NCBI GenBank assembly: GCA_049642065.1
Contig: JBAROK010000081.1
Location: 6,396 to 70,395 of the forward strand
Source of the DNA: Candidatus Omnitrophota bacterium
Lineage (GTDB): Bacteria > Omnitrophota > Gorgyraeia > Tantalellales > Tantalellaceae
Length of the DNA: 64,000 bases
Reading direction: 5' to 3'
Positions 1 through 10,308 of this stretch are shown here, in pieces. The notes beneath the pieces were generated by a model that ran no database searches, was not told the origin of the DNA, and worked only from the letters and a program-made list of their open reading frames with translations. A program made the position numbers and the translations under genes. The number at the start of each line of letters is the position of its first letter. The stretch's first letter is position 1.

Positions 1-1263
1 GTCAGGCTTTTTATCCTGGGGCATCTTGAAGGCGTCTTCACCTGGGATGAAAAAGGTAAGGATATAAACGGTTTTGGGGAAGGCATGGAACAGACCATAC
101 AAGAGAGGGCCGGAATGAGCGTAGAAAAACTAGCGGAATATCTCAACGAGAACGACGAGACGGTCTTCCGCAGAGACGACTCCGGCAATCTACTGGGTGT
201 TGAAGAACATGTTCTTCCTGATTTTCGCACTCTTTTCGATATTCTCGAACAGGTAGAAAAAGAAACCGGTAAAAGGCTTTTCGTTATGATCTCGTTGTAT
301 GATTTCCTTTTGGGTGACAATGTTAAGAATGAGGGTCCTCTCAGGATGTACACCGTTGGGGAACACGCGGAAGTTGTCATTGATCCGCTTCTTAAAGTTA
401 AGGTCCAAGCGCTGACTTGGAAGATCATGAAGATCATGAGTCAAGACGAACGTTTTTATAAATACGTAGCAGTGGCCGAGATAATGAACGAACCGGCGAA
501 TGCTACGGGTCTGGCAACACAGAAACATTTTGTTGATCTGCTAAATTTCGTAGGTGAAGGGCTTTATCTTTTAAAGGACGCACTAGGACCATCTATCCCC
601 GTGTCCGTAGGTTTTAGAAGCTGGCCGGGAGACCTCCGGTACTGGGCACCTATCGGCGGCGGAGTTGACGTGCTTATGATACATTACTGGGAAAGTCTTG
701 AGTCGTACAATATAGATACCCCGGAACTATGGTCTATAGATATGTCCACTGGAAAGCTCTGGGAATACCTGGGTCAAAAGCCCGAAGACCGCCTTACGGG
801 TATGGGTGAGATCGGTCCCAAAGACCTGGAAAAGAATCTGTTCAGGCTGGAAAGAGCAGGCTATGACTTCACGCTTCTCTGGTCTTATTCTGGACACGAT
901 AGTTATGACGTAAAACCGTTCATGGCAACCGTCGCCCGGTACCAAAAAGGAGATTATATGTTCGGGAAGCTTATGGAATTACCCCTTCCCGTTCTTAAAA
1001 AAGCGTTCCTTTATTTTTTAACGGCACGCGAACTTTTCGACGCGCAATGGGAACAGATCACGCAAACCACTCCCGTAAATCCCGATGAGGCTTTCAGGTC
1101 TTACATGGTAAGTCGCTCTCAGGGAGTCAAAGATGATGGACTTAAACCAGCTATCAGCGGCTTGCTTGAAATCTCAAGGCTTAAAGATATTACTCTCAGC
1201 CCGGAGAACATCCGTTACCTTATACTGAAAACCATCAAAGAAAAAACTCTAGAAAAAGAATAG
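1..1263 (+). CDS. Hypothetical protein, likely 5'-truncated by the window edge; possibly a clan-A (GH5-like) glycoside hydrolase
   Basis: Frame is open from nt 1 with no stop before the ATG at 85, and the RBS before 85 is poor. Has an NEP motif (AEIMNEPANA) and a GEIG motif, as at the GH5 acid/base and nucleophile glutamates. Stop TAG at 1261-1263. Confidence 0.4.
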   Translation, partial: VRLFILGHLEGVFTWDEKGKDINGFGEGMEQTIQERAGMSVEKLAEYLNENDETVFRRDDSGNLLGVEEHVLPDFRTLFDILEQVEKETGKRLFVMISLYDFLLGDNVKNEGPLRMYTVGEHAEVVIDPLLKVKVQALTWKIMKIMSQDERFYKYVAVAEIMNEPANATGLATQKHFVDLLNFVGEGLYLLKDALGPSIPVSVGFRSWPGDLRYWAPIGGGVDVLMIHYWESLESYNIDTPELWSIDMSTGKLWEYLGQKPEDRLTGMGEIGPKDLEKNLFRLERAGYDFTLLWSYSGHDSYDVKPFMATVARYQKGDYMFGKLMELPLPVLKKAFLYFLTARELFDAQWEQITQTTPVNPDEAFRSYMVSRSQGVKDDGLKPAISGLLEISRLKDITLSPENIRYLILKTIKEKTLEKE

Positions 1264-1291
1264 CTTTGGCATTTTGTTCTGCTTTTAAAAT

Positions 1292-1326
1292 AAAAAACCC
1301 GCTAAAAAGCGGGTTTTTTATTTTTT
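1292..1326. terminator. Bidirectional rho-independent terminator
   Basis: Hairpin aaaaaacccgc-taaaaa-gcgggtttttt flanked by A/T runs on both strands. Lies between the convergent genes ending at 1263 (+) and 1351 (-). Confidence 0.65.
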
Positions 1327-1350
1327 GGGTAGTTTTGCCAGAAGACGTAC

Positions 1351-1887
1351 TTATTGGTCGGTCTTAACAGCTGAGAGCATTAACATCGTCCAGCCGCTGA
1401 ATATCAGGTTTATCCCTACAAGCAGGCCTAGCACCCATGCCGCGTCGCCGGGATACCCGGAGAAAATAATAGCGGCCAGTATAAGAGCCGCTATGCCGCT
1501 GGCAAGCATCCATCCCCAGTTCGTCATCGGCCGGAGTTGTACTGCGACAGCTATCTTTATTACTCCCTCGAGCATAAAGAGAATGGCTAAGAGTAATGTA
1601 AGCGTAAGCACGCCCCGCATAGGATACACCAGGAACATGATACCTATTGCGAGATAAAATATACCGCCTATAAGTCTCAGTATACATTTACCGGAACTTA
1701 ACGCACGAAACGAATGTGCGATCGTAACGATCCCGCCTATTGCAAAGATCCACCCAAAGAGAACCTCAATAGCGACAGAGGCAGCTAACGGCACCGCTAT
1801 AGCCGCCGCACCAAGAAGGATCAGTGCGACCCCCGCGACCAGGAACCATCTTTTAGTTTCTTGCGTGATGTCTGACATGCTAATCAT
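1351..1887 (-). CDS. hdeD: HdeD-family (DUF308) acid-resistance membrane protein
   Basis: 178 aa, all transmembrane helices, repeated small-residue motifs typical of HdeD/DUF308. Confidence 0.55.
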   Translation of the reverse strand: MISMSDITQETKRWFLVAGVALILLGAAAIAVPLAASVAIEVLFGWIFAIGGIVTIAHSFRALSSGKCILRLIGGIFYLAIGIMFLVYPMRGVLTLTLLLAILFMLEGVIKIAVAVQLRPMTNWGWMLASGIAALILAAIIFSGYPGDAAWVLGLLVGINLIFSGWTMLMLSAVKTDQ

Positions 1888-2005
1888 TCTCCTCTTTGGG
1901 CTTCATGTTTTCTTTATCTAGTTTGCGCTGTTTTTTTTCTTCTTTTTTCTTTTTCTTTGCCATTTCTTTCTGGCGCTTTTGATATGAATAATTATCTTTT
2001 GCCAA
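1880..2005 (-). CDS. Small lysine-rich hypothetical protein (about 42 aa)
   Basis: AAGGAGGG RBS 5 nt upstream of the ATG at 2005 (MLAKDNYSYQKRQKEMAKKKKKEEKKQRKLDKENMKPKEEND). The ORF track's longer version lacks an RBS. Confidence 0.3.
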   Translation of the reverse strand: MAKDNYSYQKRQKEMAKKKKKEEKKQRKLDKENMKPKEEND

Positions 2006-2223
2006 CATACCCTCCTTTTGTCTTAGGGGCCATCCCGCATGGGGACGCCCTATGATTTGGATGATACTACTAGGAAATATACAGTCCTGGAAAAACAAAA
2101 TGCCCCCCATCAAGCAGAGGGCATTTAAATAAAGATCCTGAGCTGCCTACGGCAAAATTGGTTCCCCGCATTGGACAACTCTTGCGGACTGCTAAGAGTG
2201 AGCGCCTAACAAAATCTCTTCTT

Positions 2224-2394
2224 TTAACGGCCGCTGTCCTTGTGCTTCGAGAAGCACTCCTTGCAGTATACTGGACGGTCCCCGCGGGGCTTGAAAGGAA
2301 CTTCGCATTCTTTCTTACACTCTGAACAAGTCGCCTTGTGCATCTCTCTCGGCCCCCTGTCAAATCCACCACCACCACCATGTTGATATCCCAT
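2224..2394 (-). CDS. 56-aa CxxC-x17-CxxC zinc-ribbon protein
   Basis: Hand translation of a frame absent from the ORF track: MGYQHGGGGGFDRGPREMHKATCSECKKECEVPFKPRGDRPVYCKECFSKHKDSGR. AAGGAG RBS 6 nt upstream, stop TAA. Confidence 0.55.
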   Translation of the reverse strand: MGYQHGGGGGFDRGPREMHKATCSECKKECEVPFKPRGDRPVYCKECFSKHKDSGR

Positions 2395-2421
2395 CTTGTC
2401 TCCTTTTTGTTTTTATTAACA

Positions 2422-2467
2422 ATGATTATACACTAAAAAGCCCAATGATTATACACTAAAAAGCCCC
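2422..2467. repeat. Near-perfect tandem duplication of 23 bp (aatgattatacactaaaaagccc x2)
   Basis: Seen directly. On the minus strand each copy reads gggctttttagtgTATAATcatt, i.e. two tandem -10-like elements upstream of the zinc-ribbon gene. Confidence 0.8.
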
Positions 2468-2497
2468 TTGTAACTTATTTACTAGGGTTTAAATCTA

Positions 2498-2572
2498 TGG
2501 CTGGGATGCCTGGACTCGAACCAGGAACAGCTGCTCCAGAGGCAGTCGTGTTACCAATTACACCACATCCCA
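2498..2572 (-). tRNA. tRNA-Gln (anticodon CUG)
   Basis: Hand-folded cloverleaf, 75 nt. U1:A72 first pair and G73 discriminator as in E. coli tRNA-Gln, anticodon loop CUCUGGA, CCA encoded. Confidence 0.8.
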
Positions 2573-2618
2573 GCGTCAGTACCATTTAGAGCAAATATTA
2601 TACTACAAGACCTTTATT

Positions 2619-4304
2619 TTAAAAGGATTTTTTAGCTATCTTCGCCCAACTGTCGCGAAGGGTCGTAGTACGGTTAAAAACCGGTTTACTTTTAGCGGAA
2701 TCTTTAGTGTCTACGAAAAAATAACCCATCCTTTCGAATTGATATCTTGCGCCGGGTTTCGCGTCTTTTAGTATGGGTTCGAGTTTACACCCTTTGAGCT
2801 CTTCCAGCGAATCCGGATTGATGTTCGAAGTAAAATCTTGCCCTTCCTCAGTATTGTTCGGATCCCGTTCCTTAAAAAGATAGTCATAAATACGGACCTC
2901 TGCATCCAGCGCATGTTTAGCTGAAACCCAATGCAAAGTTCCTTTGACCTTTCTGCCGTCGGGAGCGTCCCCTCCACGCGTTGCCGGATCATATGTGCAT
3001 CTTAGCTCTTTTATCCCGCCATTCGCGTCTTTTACTACTTCTTCGCATTTAATAAAATAAGCATACCTAAGCCGCACTTCCCTGCCCGGAGCGAGTCGAA
3101 AGAACTTTTTTGGGGGCTCTTCCATAAAATCCGCCTGCTCTATATAAAGCTCTTTTGAAAACGGGACTTTCCTGGTACCCGCATCGGGATCCTCCGGATT
3201 GTTAATGGCTTCCAGATCCTCTTCCTCGCCTTCGGGATAGTTGGTTATAACGACTTTAATCGGATTTAAAACCGCCATGACTCGCAGAGCTGTTTTATTA
3301 AGTTCTTCTCTTAGGCAATTCTCAAGCACATTGATATCCACGATACTGTTCATTTTTGCCACGCCGATAACATCACAGAACTTCTTTATAGATTCTGCCG
3401 TATATCCCCTCCTCCTGAAACCCGATATGGTCGGCATGCGGGGATCATCCCAGCCGTCAACATGGTTTTCTTCTACGAGTTGAAGGAGTTTTCTTTTGCT
3501 TAATATGGTATTACTAAGGTTAAGCCTGGCGAACTCTATCTGCTTGGGATGATACGTCCCCAGCTCTTCCAGGAACCAGTCGTATAGCTGGCGGTGGGTT
3601 TCGAATTCCAGCGTGCAAATAGAGTGGGTGATTTTTTCTATTGAGTCTTCAAGGCCATGGGCCCAATCGTACATCGGGTATATGCACCACTTCTTTCCAG
3701 TACGGTGATGTTCAGCGTGAAGGATCCTGTACATGACCGGATCTCTCATCAAGAGATTCGGATGGGACATATCTATCTTCGCACGCAGCGTTTTAGACCC
3801 ATCGGGAAACTCTCCTTTGCGCATTCTGTCAAAAAGATCCAGATTTTCTTCGGGAGACCTGTCTCGGTAGGGGCTGTTCTTACCGGGTCCCGTAATAGTA
3901 CCCCTGTATTCTCTTACCTCTTCAAGGGGCTGGTCGCATACATATGCCTTACCCTTCTTGATAAGCTCTACCGCGTACTGGTACATTTCGTCGAAATAAT
4001 CGGAAGCATAGGAAAGCCTGTCTTCCCAGTCCGCACCCAACCATTTTACGTCCTCGATGATGGAATCGACATATTCCTGCTCTTCCTTACAGGGATTGGT
4101 ATCATCAAATCTGAGATTGAACTTTCCTTTATAGTCTCTGGCTATACCGTAATTAAGGCAGATACTCTTGGCGTGGCCGATATGCAGATATCCATTCGGT
4201 TCAGGCGGAAAACGCGTATACACCCTGCCGTCATGTTTGCCTGTTTTCAGGTCTTCGTCGATTATGTCTCTGATAAAATTAGATTTTGCTTGCGTCTCGT
4301 CCAT
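2619..4304 (-). CDS. glnS: Glutamine--tRNA ligase (GlnRS)
   Basis: 561 aa. N-terminus aligns with E. coli GlnRS ([45 protein letters not shown]). Confidence 0.9.
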   Translation of the reverse strand: MDETQAKSNFIRDIIDEDLKTGKHDGRVYTRFPPEPNGYLHIGHAKSICLNYGIARDYKGKFNLRFDDTNPCKEEQEYVDSIIEDVKWLGADWEDRLSYASDYFDEMYQYAVELIKKGKAYVCDQPLEEVREYRGTITGPGKNSPYRDRSPEENLDLFDRMRKGEFPDGSKTLRAKIDMSHPNLLMRDPVMYRILHAEHHRTGKKWCIYPMYDWAHGLEDSIEKITHSICTLEFETHRQLYDWFLEELGTYHPKQIEFARLNLSNTILSKRKLLQLVEENHVDGWDDPRMPTISGFRRRGYTAESIKKFCDVIGVAKMNSIVDINVLENCLREELNKTALRVMAVLNPIKVVITNYPEGEEEDLEAINNPEDPDAGTRKVPFSKELYIEQADFMEEPPKKFFRLAPGREVRLRYAYFIKCEEVVKDANGGIKELRCTYDPATRGGDAPDGRKVKGTLHWVSAKHALDAEVRIYDYLFKERDPNNTEEGQDFTSNINPDSLEELKGCKLEPILKDAKPGARYQFERMGYFFVDTKDSAKSKPVFNRTTTLRDSWAKIAKKSF

Positions 4305-4305
4305 T

Positions 4306-5589
4306 TTAGCTAGATGCCTTGCGCATCCTCTCTATTACCTTTTCTTTGCCCAAAAGTTCCATCATCTCAAAAAGTCCCGCGCCTTTTGTTTTGCCGCTTA
4401 TAGCCATGCGCGTAGGATGAATGATCTGCCCGGCCTTGAGGCTTCTCTCTTCGGCTATCCTGCGGCAAACTTCTTCTATCTTTTCGTGAGAAAAATCTTC
4501 CATCTCACCAAGAGCATCCGCGAACACCTTAAGATTCTCTTGATTCTCCTGGTTGTCTAGATATTTTTTCTTCCCTTTTTCTTCTGCTTCAAAATCATCC
4601 ATAAAGAAACAGTCCGTGAGTGCGTAAAATTCGTCCAATGTCTTTATCCTGACCTTGTATAATTCCACCAGGCTGAGAAACTTATCTTCCGGCATCATGG
4701 AAATATCAACGTTCACCGAAGCAAGGTGCTCCTTGAGAAGCGTTGCCAGTTTTTCGGTATCAGATGCCATGATGTATTCTGAATTGATCCATCTGAATTT
4801 CTGAATATCGAACTTTGACTGAACATCCGTCATCTTATCGATCTCGAATATCTCCAGCGCTTCCGGAAGGGAAATTATTTCCCTGTCCTCTCCGGGAGAC
4901 CAGCCAAGAAGCATAAGGTAGTTGACTATAGCTTCGGGCAGGAACCCTTCTCTTTTGTATTCTTCAACAGATACCCCTCCGTGCCTTTTGGATAACTTTG
5001 CGCCGTCAGCACCCATCATAAGCGGCATGTGTCCGAACTTGGGAGGCTCATGTCCAAGAGCTTCATAAAAAAGCATTTGCTTAGGAGTGTTTGAGATATG
5101 GTCGTCTCCACGGATAATATGGGTTACCTCTAGATCAACGTCATCGACAACGCAACAAAAGTTATAGGCGGGCGAGCCGTCAGACTTTATCATTACCTGG
5201 TCTTTGATCTCGTCGGTGCTGAAGATTATCTCACCGTGTATCATGTCGTCCAGTTTTATCTCGCGGCCCTTTTCTATTTTAAAGATAATAGCTTCGCCTT
5301 CTTTGTAAGCTTTTCCTTCGGCAAGAAGCTGTTCGGCTTTTTCCTTATAGGCGCTGAACCGGTCGCTTTGATAGACCAGATCTCCGTCCCAATCCAGGCC
5401 CAGCCATTTAAGGTCTTCAAGGATCTCATCAAGAAACTCTTTTTTTGACCGTACCTTGTCGGTGTCTTCGATCCTGAGCAGCATCTTCCCGCCGGTCTTG
5501 CGGGCGTACAGCCAATTGAAAAGCGCGGTCCTTGCGCTACCCAGATGAAGGAACCCGGTAGGACTTGGCGCGAATCTTACGGTTATCAT
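4306..5589 (-). CDS. gltX: Glutamate--tRNA ligase (GluRS), short form
   Basis: 427 aa. [26 protein letters not shown] motif, RIEDTD, KLSKRHG (KMSKS). Confidence 0.85.
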   Translation of the reverse strand: MITVRFAPSPTGFLHLGSARTALFNWLYARKTGGKMLLRIEDTDKVRSKKEFLDEILEDLKWLGLDWDGDLVYQSDRFSAYKEKAEQLLAEGKAYKEGEAIIFKIEKGREIKLDDMIHGEIIFSTDEIKDQVMIKSDGSPAYNFCCVVDDVDLEVTHIIRGDDHISNTPKQMLFYEALGHEPPKFGHMPLMMGADGAKLSKRHGGVSVEEYKREGFLPEAIVNYLMLLGWSPGEDREIISLPEALEIFEIDKMTDVQSKFDIQKFRWINSEYIMASDTEKLATLLKEHLASVNVDISMMPEDKFLSLVELYKVRIKTLDEFYALTDCFFMDDFEAEEKGKKKYLDNQENQENLKVFADALGEMEDFSHEKIEEVCRRIAEERSLKAGQIIHPTRMAISGKTKGAGLFEMMELLGKEKVIERMRKASS

Positions 5590-5592
5590 TTT

Positions 5593-6159
5593 CTATCCTT
5601 TCAAACTATGCGCTTGTGAGGCGTTTATCTCGAAACCTCTCTCTACAGCCTTGATGTTGACCGGAATTATTTCTTTCCTGGCCGAGCCCATTGTCTCTAC
5701 TACCTTCATGAGGGTTTCTTTATCGAAGAGCCCCTTCCTGTCGGCAAAGATACCTGTCGCTATCATGTTAGCGACACGAACGTTCCCAAGTTTTAACGCC
5801 TCGTCTGTTAACGGGGCTTTTACGACATCAATGTCTTTCCTGGTCACGTCCCCGCTTGCCATGGAAGTGTTAAGTATAAGAAGTCCGCCTTCTTGGATCC
5901 TCTTTTCGAACTTATCAAGTGATGGTCCGTTCATTATAATAGCCGTATCGGCTACCGCTACCGCGGGACTCCCTATGGGTTCTGAGCTTATTCTTACCAT
6001 CGCATGTGCCGTTCCTCCGCGCACCTCCGCCCCGTAGGACGGCATCCATGTTACATGAAGGTCTTTCATCATGCCCGCCTGTGCAAGAGCTTTGCCAAGC
6101 GTCATTATGCCCTGGCCACCGAACCCTGCGCATATTATTGATTCATTCACGTTTTTCAT
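5593..6159 (-). CDS. korC: 2-oxoacid:ferredoxin oxidoreductase gamma subunit
   Basis: 188 aa, ICAGFGGQGIMTLGKAL motif of the POR/KOR gamma family. Confidence 0.8.
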   Translation of the reverse strand: MKNVNESIICAGFGGQGIMTLGKALAQAGMMKDLHVTWMPSYGAEVRGGTAHAMVRISSEPIGSPAVAVADTAIIMNGPSLDKFEKRIQEGGLLILNTSMASGDVTRKDIDVVKAPLTDEALKLGNVRVANMIATGIFADRKGLFDKETLMKVVETMGSARKEIIPVNIKAVERGFEINASQAHSLKG

Positions 6160-6161
6160 GT

Positions 6162-6896
6162 TTACTGGTCTTTAACCACTCCCAGCGGATATTCTTTTAT
6201 AACTTCTTTTTCTATCCGGTCCATTGATTGCAGTGGAGTCATTCCCCAATACGTTGGGCACGGGGAAAGGACTTCCACCATCGAAAACCCTTTGTTCGCC
6301 ATTTGATATTCAAACGATTTCTTTATAGCTCTTTTGGTATTAAATATCTCTCTGGGAGAATGAAGAGAAGTCCTTTCCAGGTAAACTGCCCCCGAAAGCA
6401 CTTTCATCATCTCCAGCATCTTTATCGGAAATCCTTCTTTGTCTTGCCTGCGCGTGAATTGTGAGGTAGCTGTCGTCTGTCCCAAAAGGGTCGTGGGCGC
6501 CATTTGCCCTCCTGTCATCCCGTATACCCCATTGTTGACAAAAATGACCGAGATATTCTCTCCCCTGTTAGCGGTATGTATTATTTCAGCCGTACCTATA
6601 GCCGCCAGGTCTCCGTCTCCCTGGTAAGTAAAAACCAATCTGTCCGGAAGAACCCTTTTCACTCCGGTCGCTACTGCGGGAGTGCGTCCATGTGCAGCCT
6701 CCATCGTATCAAAATCCCAATAATCGTAAGCCAGAACCGCGCATCCTACCGGTGCTATAGCAACCGTTTTGTCGCGCACCCCCATCTCGTCTATTACCTC
6801 ACAAATGAGACGATGTATGAGCCCATGACCGCATCCTGGACAGTAATGCGTTACGGCATCTTTCATCGATTCCGGTTTCTTGAATTCTTTGGTCAT
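6162..6896 (-). CDS. korB: 2-oxoacid:ferredoxin oxidoreductase beta subunit (TPP-binding)
   Basis: 244 aa, CPGCGHG and GDGD TPP motifs. Confidence 0.85.
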   Translation of the reverse strand: MTKEFKKPESMKDAVTHYCPGCGHGLIHRLICEVIDEMGVRDKTVAIAPVGCAVLAYDYWDFDTMEAAHGRTPAVATGVKRVLPDRLVFTYQGDGDLAAIGTAEIIHTANRGENISVIFVNNGVYGMTGGQMAPTTLLGQTTATSQFTRRQDKEGFPIKMLEMMKVLSGAVYLERTSLHSPREIFNTKRAIKKSFEYQMANKGFSMVEVLSPCPTYWGMTPLQSMDRIEKEVIKEYPLGVVKDQ

Positions 6897-7951
6897 TTTA
6901 CGTGTTCCTTGAGCTTATTTATTATCTCTTCTTCCGTGGGAACGCCTCCGCCCATACGACCATGAAAGAAAACTCTCTCGTTATCCTGAACGGCAAGCCT
7001 CACGTCCTCGACCATTTGCCCGGCACTCATTTCAACCACAAAAAACTTTTTCCCGTCTTTCGCCATACGTGAAAGCTCGTCATACGGGAACGGCCATAAA
7101 GTAATAGGCCTTATAAGCCCCGCCTTTATGCCTTGCTCGCGAAGCATATCGATACACGTATGCGCTATCCGGCTTATTGATCCGTAAGCAACTAATATGA
7201 TATCAGCATCCTCTGTATTGTAAGCCTCAACCCTGATCTCGTGCTTCTGTATGAGAGAATACTTTTCCTGCAGTTTTTTATTGTGTTCCTCAAGAACTCC
7301 TTCACCCAGTAAAAGACTTTTTATACTTCCCGCCTCTCGGCGGCCCTTTGTCCCGGTCATCGCCCATGGTTTATCTACTATGCCTTCCGGCTTTATCTTC
7401 TCCTCAAATTCCAGCGGTTCCATCATCTGTCCGAGCAGGCCATCCGCAAGAACCATTACCGGGTTCCGATATTTATCTGCCAGAGCGAACGCTTCGTAGG
7501 TATATTCAAACATCTCCTGCACGTTGGATGGCGCTAAAACGATGATCCGGTAGTCTCCGTGCCCACCGCCCCTGGTAGCCTGGAAATAATCTCCCTGCGC
7601 TGGCGAGATATTGCCAAGTCCGGGACCACCCCTCATCACGTTAACGATCACGCCCGGCAGTTCCGCTCCGGCCATATACGAAATGCCTTCCTGCTTAAGG
7701 CTTATCCCGGGGCTGGAGGAACTGGTCATCGCCCGCGCGCCCGCAGCAGAAGCGCCAAACACCATGTTAACTGCCGCAATCTCGCTTTCAGCCTGTATGA
7801 AAACGCCGGCTTCCTCTTCCATGCGTTTTGACATGTAAGCCGTAAGCTCGTTCTGTGGCGTGATCGGGTACCCGGCATAAAACCGGCATCCGGCTCTTAT
7901 CGCTCCTTCACCACAAGCTTCGTTCCCCGTTGATAAATATTTCTTTTTCAT
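6893..7951 (-). CDS. korA: 2-oxoacid:ferredoxin oxidoreductase alpha subunit
   Basis: POR/KOR alpha family. Start placed at MKKKYL, 5 nt after the korD stop with a GGAAGAAG RBS; the ORF track's longer start would overlap korD by 28 nt. Confidence 0.8.
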   Translation of the reverse strand: MKKKYLSTGNEACGEGAIRAGCRFYAGYPITPQNELTAYMSKRMEEEAGVFIQAESEIAAVNMVFGASAAGARAMTSSSSPGISLKQEGISYMAGAELPGVIVNVMRGGPGLGNISPAQGDYFQATRGGGHGDYRIIVLAPSNVQEMFEYTYEAFALADKYRNPVMVLADGLLGQMMEPLEFEEKIKPEGIVDKPWAMTGTKGRREAGSIKSLLLGEGVLEEHNKKLQEKYSLIQKHEIRVEAYNTEDADIILVAYGSISRIAHTCIDMLREQGIKAGLIRPITLWPFPYDELSRMAKDGKKFFVVEMSAGQMVEDVRLAVQDNERVFFHGRMGGGVPTEEEIINKLKEHVK

Positions 7952-7956
7952 CTTTT

Positions 7957-8175
7957 TTATTCTTCTTCCAGCGTAATGCTGCAATCAGGGCACATCACAG
8001 CACAAAGCCCGCACCCGTTACATTTGTCCGGGTCTTTCAGCACAACGTACCGGAATCCTTTTTTGTTAACCTCTTTTGACAGCTCAAGCGCCTTCCGAGG
8101 ACAAACATTCACACAAAAAACGCATCCTTTGCATTTTTCTATATTTATTTTAAGTTTTAATTTTTTAGTTGCCAT
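7957..8175 (-). CDS. korD: 2-oxoacid:ferredoxin oxidoreductase delta subunit (2x[4Fe-4S] ferredoxin)
   Basis: 72 aa with two CxxCxxCxxxCP motifs. Confidence 0.8.
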   Translation of the reverse strand: MATKKLKLKINIEKCKGCVFCVNVCPRKALELSKEVNKKGFRYVVLKDPDKCNGCGLCAVMCPDCSITLEEE

Positions 8176-8181
8176 GACTGG

Positions 8182-10053
8182 TTATATTTCCTGTTCTATC
8201 GTGGCTGCTATTTCATCCGGGGTCAGATGGTATTTCCGCAAAAGCTCTTCCCTGCTGCCGTGTTCTATAAATTCATCGGGAAGGCCGAAACATCTTACCC
8301 TGGAATCTTTCAGGTTCTCCCTTTCGGCAAATTCCAGTACCGCGCTCCCAAACCCGCCGCTAACAACTCCCTCTTCAAGGATGAATATCTTATCTGATGT
8401 ATGAAAAAGTTTTTCCAGCATCTCTTTATCCAAGGGTTTAATGAACCTTGCGTTCACAACCGCTGCCTCTATCCCTTTCTTCGACAAAACTTCGCTTACC
8501 TTTAGCGCGGTATTCACCATACTTCCTACAGCAAGAATAGATATATCCTTCCCGACCCGAAGCCACTCTGCTTTACCTATCTCAAGCGGTGCGCAGGAAG
8601 AAGCGCTAACAAGCTTCCTGGCTTTGGCCCTGGGATACCTTATCGCTGTGGGCCGTTTCCACTCAACTGCTTTTTCGAGCATATGCTCAAGTTCTTCCCC
8701 GTCTTTCGGTGCCATGACAATAAAATTAGGGAGGCTCCGCAGATACGTTATATCAAAAACCCCGTGATGCGTAGGACCGTCCTTTCCAACAAGCCCGGCT
8801 CTATCCACGCATAATATTACCGGTAAGTTCTGCAGGGCCACATCATGTATAAGCTGATCGTAAGATCTCTGCAGGAACGTAGAATATATGGCAACTATTG
8901 GGAGCATGCCGCCCCTTGAAAGTCCCGCAGCGAAAGTAACCGCGTGCTGTTCGGTTATCCCTACATCAAAGAACCTTTCCGGGAACTGTTCAGAAAATTC
9001 TCGAAGACCGGTACCCTCCGGCATAGCCGCTGTTATGGCAACGATGTTTTTGTTCTCGCTGGCGCATTTGCTTATCTTTTCTGAAAAATGATCCGTGAAA
9101 GTTTTCTCCACATCACCGTTGTGGGAAGTGCGGCCCGTTGCAATATCAAATGCGTCAACGCCGTGGAACTTTTCCGGATCTTCTTCGGCAAACCGGTAAC
9201 CCTTGCCCTTTTTGGTAATGGTATGTACGAATATGGGCTCTTTCATCGTAAGTATCTTTTTGAACACGGAAACAAGTTGGTCAATGTCATGACCGTCTAT
9301 GGGCCCGAAATACCGGAACCCCAGCTCTTCAAAAAGTATCCCGGGAACAAGAAGGTTCTTTAGCCCTTCCTGGAATTTCTTTACGGTCCTATGCGCAGCA
9401 GGCCCCAGTTTCGGGATACTTTTAACAACTTTTTCTGCTTCTTCCCGGACTTTGTTGTATAAAGGGTTGGTTATCACCGTGTTAAGGTACCTGCTCATAG
9501 CCCCGACCGGTTTTGAAATAGCCTGTTCATTATCGTTCAGGACAACGACCAGGTTTGTTCTCATATGGCCTGCGTTATTCATCCCCTCAAAGGCTAACCC
9601 CGCCGAAAGAGCAGCATCACCTATAACCGCGACCACTTTATGGTCTTCGCCTTTTAAATCGCGCGCGGAAGCCAGGCCCAGTGCCGAAGATATAGAAGTA
9701 GAGCTGTGTCCGCTGGTGAAGGGATCGTGTTCGCTTTCATTTGCTTTTGGGAACCCGCTTAAGCCGCCCATCTCCCTTAAGGTATCAAATCCTTTGACTC
9801 TGCCGGTAAGCAGTTTATGTGCATAACACTGATGTCCTACATCCCAGACGATCTTGTCTTTCGGGCTATCCAGGCAATAATGTAAAGCTATCGCCAGCTC
9901 GACAGCTCCCAGGCTAGCGGCAAGATGCCCGCCTTTCTCAGCCGTAACATTTATTATTTTATCGCGCAGTTCTTCCGCAAGCTTCTTCAGCTGATCCGAG
10001 TCCAGCTTCTTGAGATCCTTAGGTGACGATATCGTATCCAAGAGTTTTTTCAT
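8182..10053 (-). CDS. dxs: 1-deoxy-D-xylulose-5-phosphate synthase
   Basis: 623 aa, DXS family TPP and transketolase motifs (GGHLAASLGAVELAIALHY, GDAALSAG). Confidence 0.9.
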   Translation of the reverse strand: MKKLLDTISSPKDLKKLDSDQLKKLAEELRDKIINVTAEKGGHLAASLGAVELAIALHYCLDSPKDKIVWDVGHQCYAHKLLTGRVKGFDTLREMGGLSGFPKANESEHDPFTSGHSSTSISSALGLASARDLKGEDHKVVAVIGDAALSAGLAFEGMNNAGHMRTNLVVVLNDNEQAISKPVGAMSRYLNTVITNPLYNKVREEAEKVVKSIPKLGPAAHRTVKKFQEGLKNLLVPGILFEELGFRYFGPIDGHDIDQLVSVFKKILTMKEPIFVHTITKKGKGYRFAEEDPEKFHGVDAFDIATGRTSHNGDVEKTFTDHFSEKISKCASENKNIVAITAAMPEGTGLREFSEQFPERFFDVGITEQHAVTFAAGLSRGGMLPIVAIYSTFLQRSYDQLIHDVALQNLPVILCVDRAGLVGKDGPTHHGVFDITYLRSLPNFIVMAPKDGEELEHMLEKAVEWKRPTAIRYPRAKARKLVSASSCAPLEIGKAEWLRVGKDISILAVGSMVNTALKVSEVLSKKGIEAAVVNARFIKPLDKEMLEKLFHTSDKIFILEEGVVSGGFGSAVLEFAERENLKDSRVRCFGLPDEFIEHGSREELLRKYHLTPDEIAATIEQEI

Positions 10054-10059
10054 CGCGCT

Positions 10060-10299
10060 TTATTCTTCCCCTTCTTCGCTGAACCCCTCCGTCTCGAACA
10101 ATCCTTCATCTTTTTTGATGAGAACCTCTATTTTCTTCTTAGCTTTTTCCAGTTTCTGCTGGCACGTGCGGGCAAGTTTTATCCCTTCTTCATACTTTTT
10201 TAGTGAAGCATCTAACGAAAGATCTCCCGCTTCCAGGTCTTCGACTATCTTTTCCAGTTTTTCAAGGGCTTTTTCAAACGGAACTTCCTTCATCTTCAT
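10060..10299 (-). CDS. xseB: Exodeoxyribonuclease VII small subunit
   Basis: 79 aa, XseB family (FEKALEKLEKIVEDLEAGDLSLDASLKKYEEG). Confidence 0.85.
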   Translation of the reverse strand: MKMKEVPFEKALEKLEKIVEDLEAGDLSLDASLKKYEEGIKLARTCQQKLEKAKKKIEVLIKKDEGLFETEGFSEEGEE

Positions 10300-10308
10300 C
10301 TCCTTGCT

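Noticed and set aside
2070-2381. 103-aa minus ORF from the track
   Set aside because: Wrong frame. The real gene here is the 56-aa zinc-ribbon protein in another frame (2224-2394), which has an RBS.
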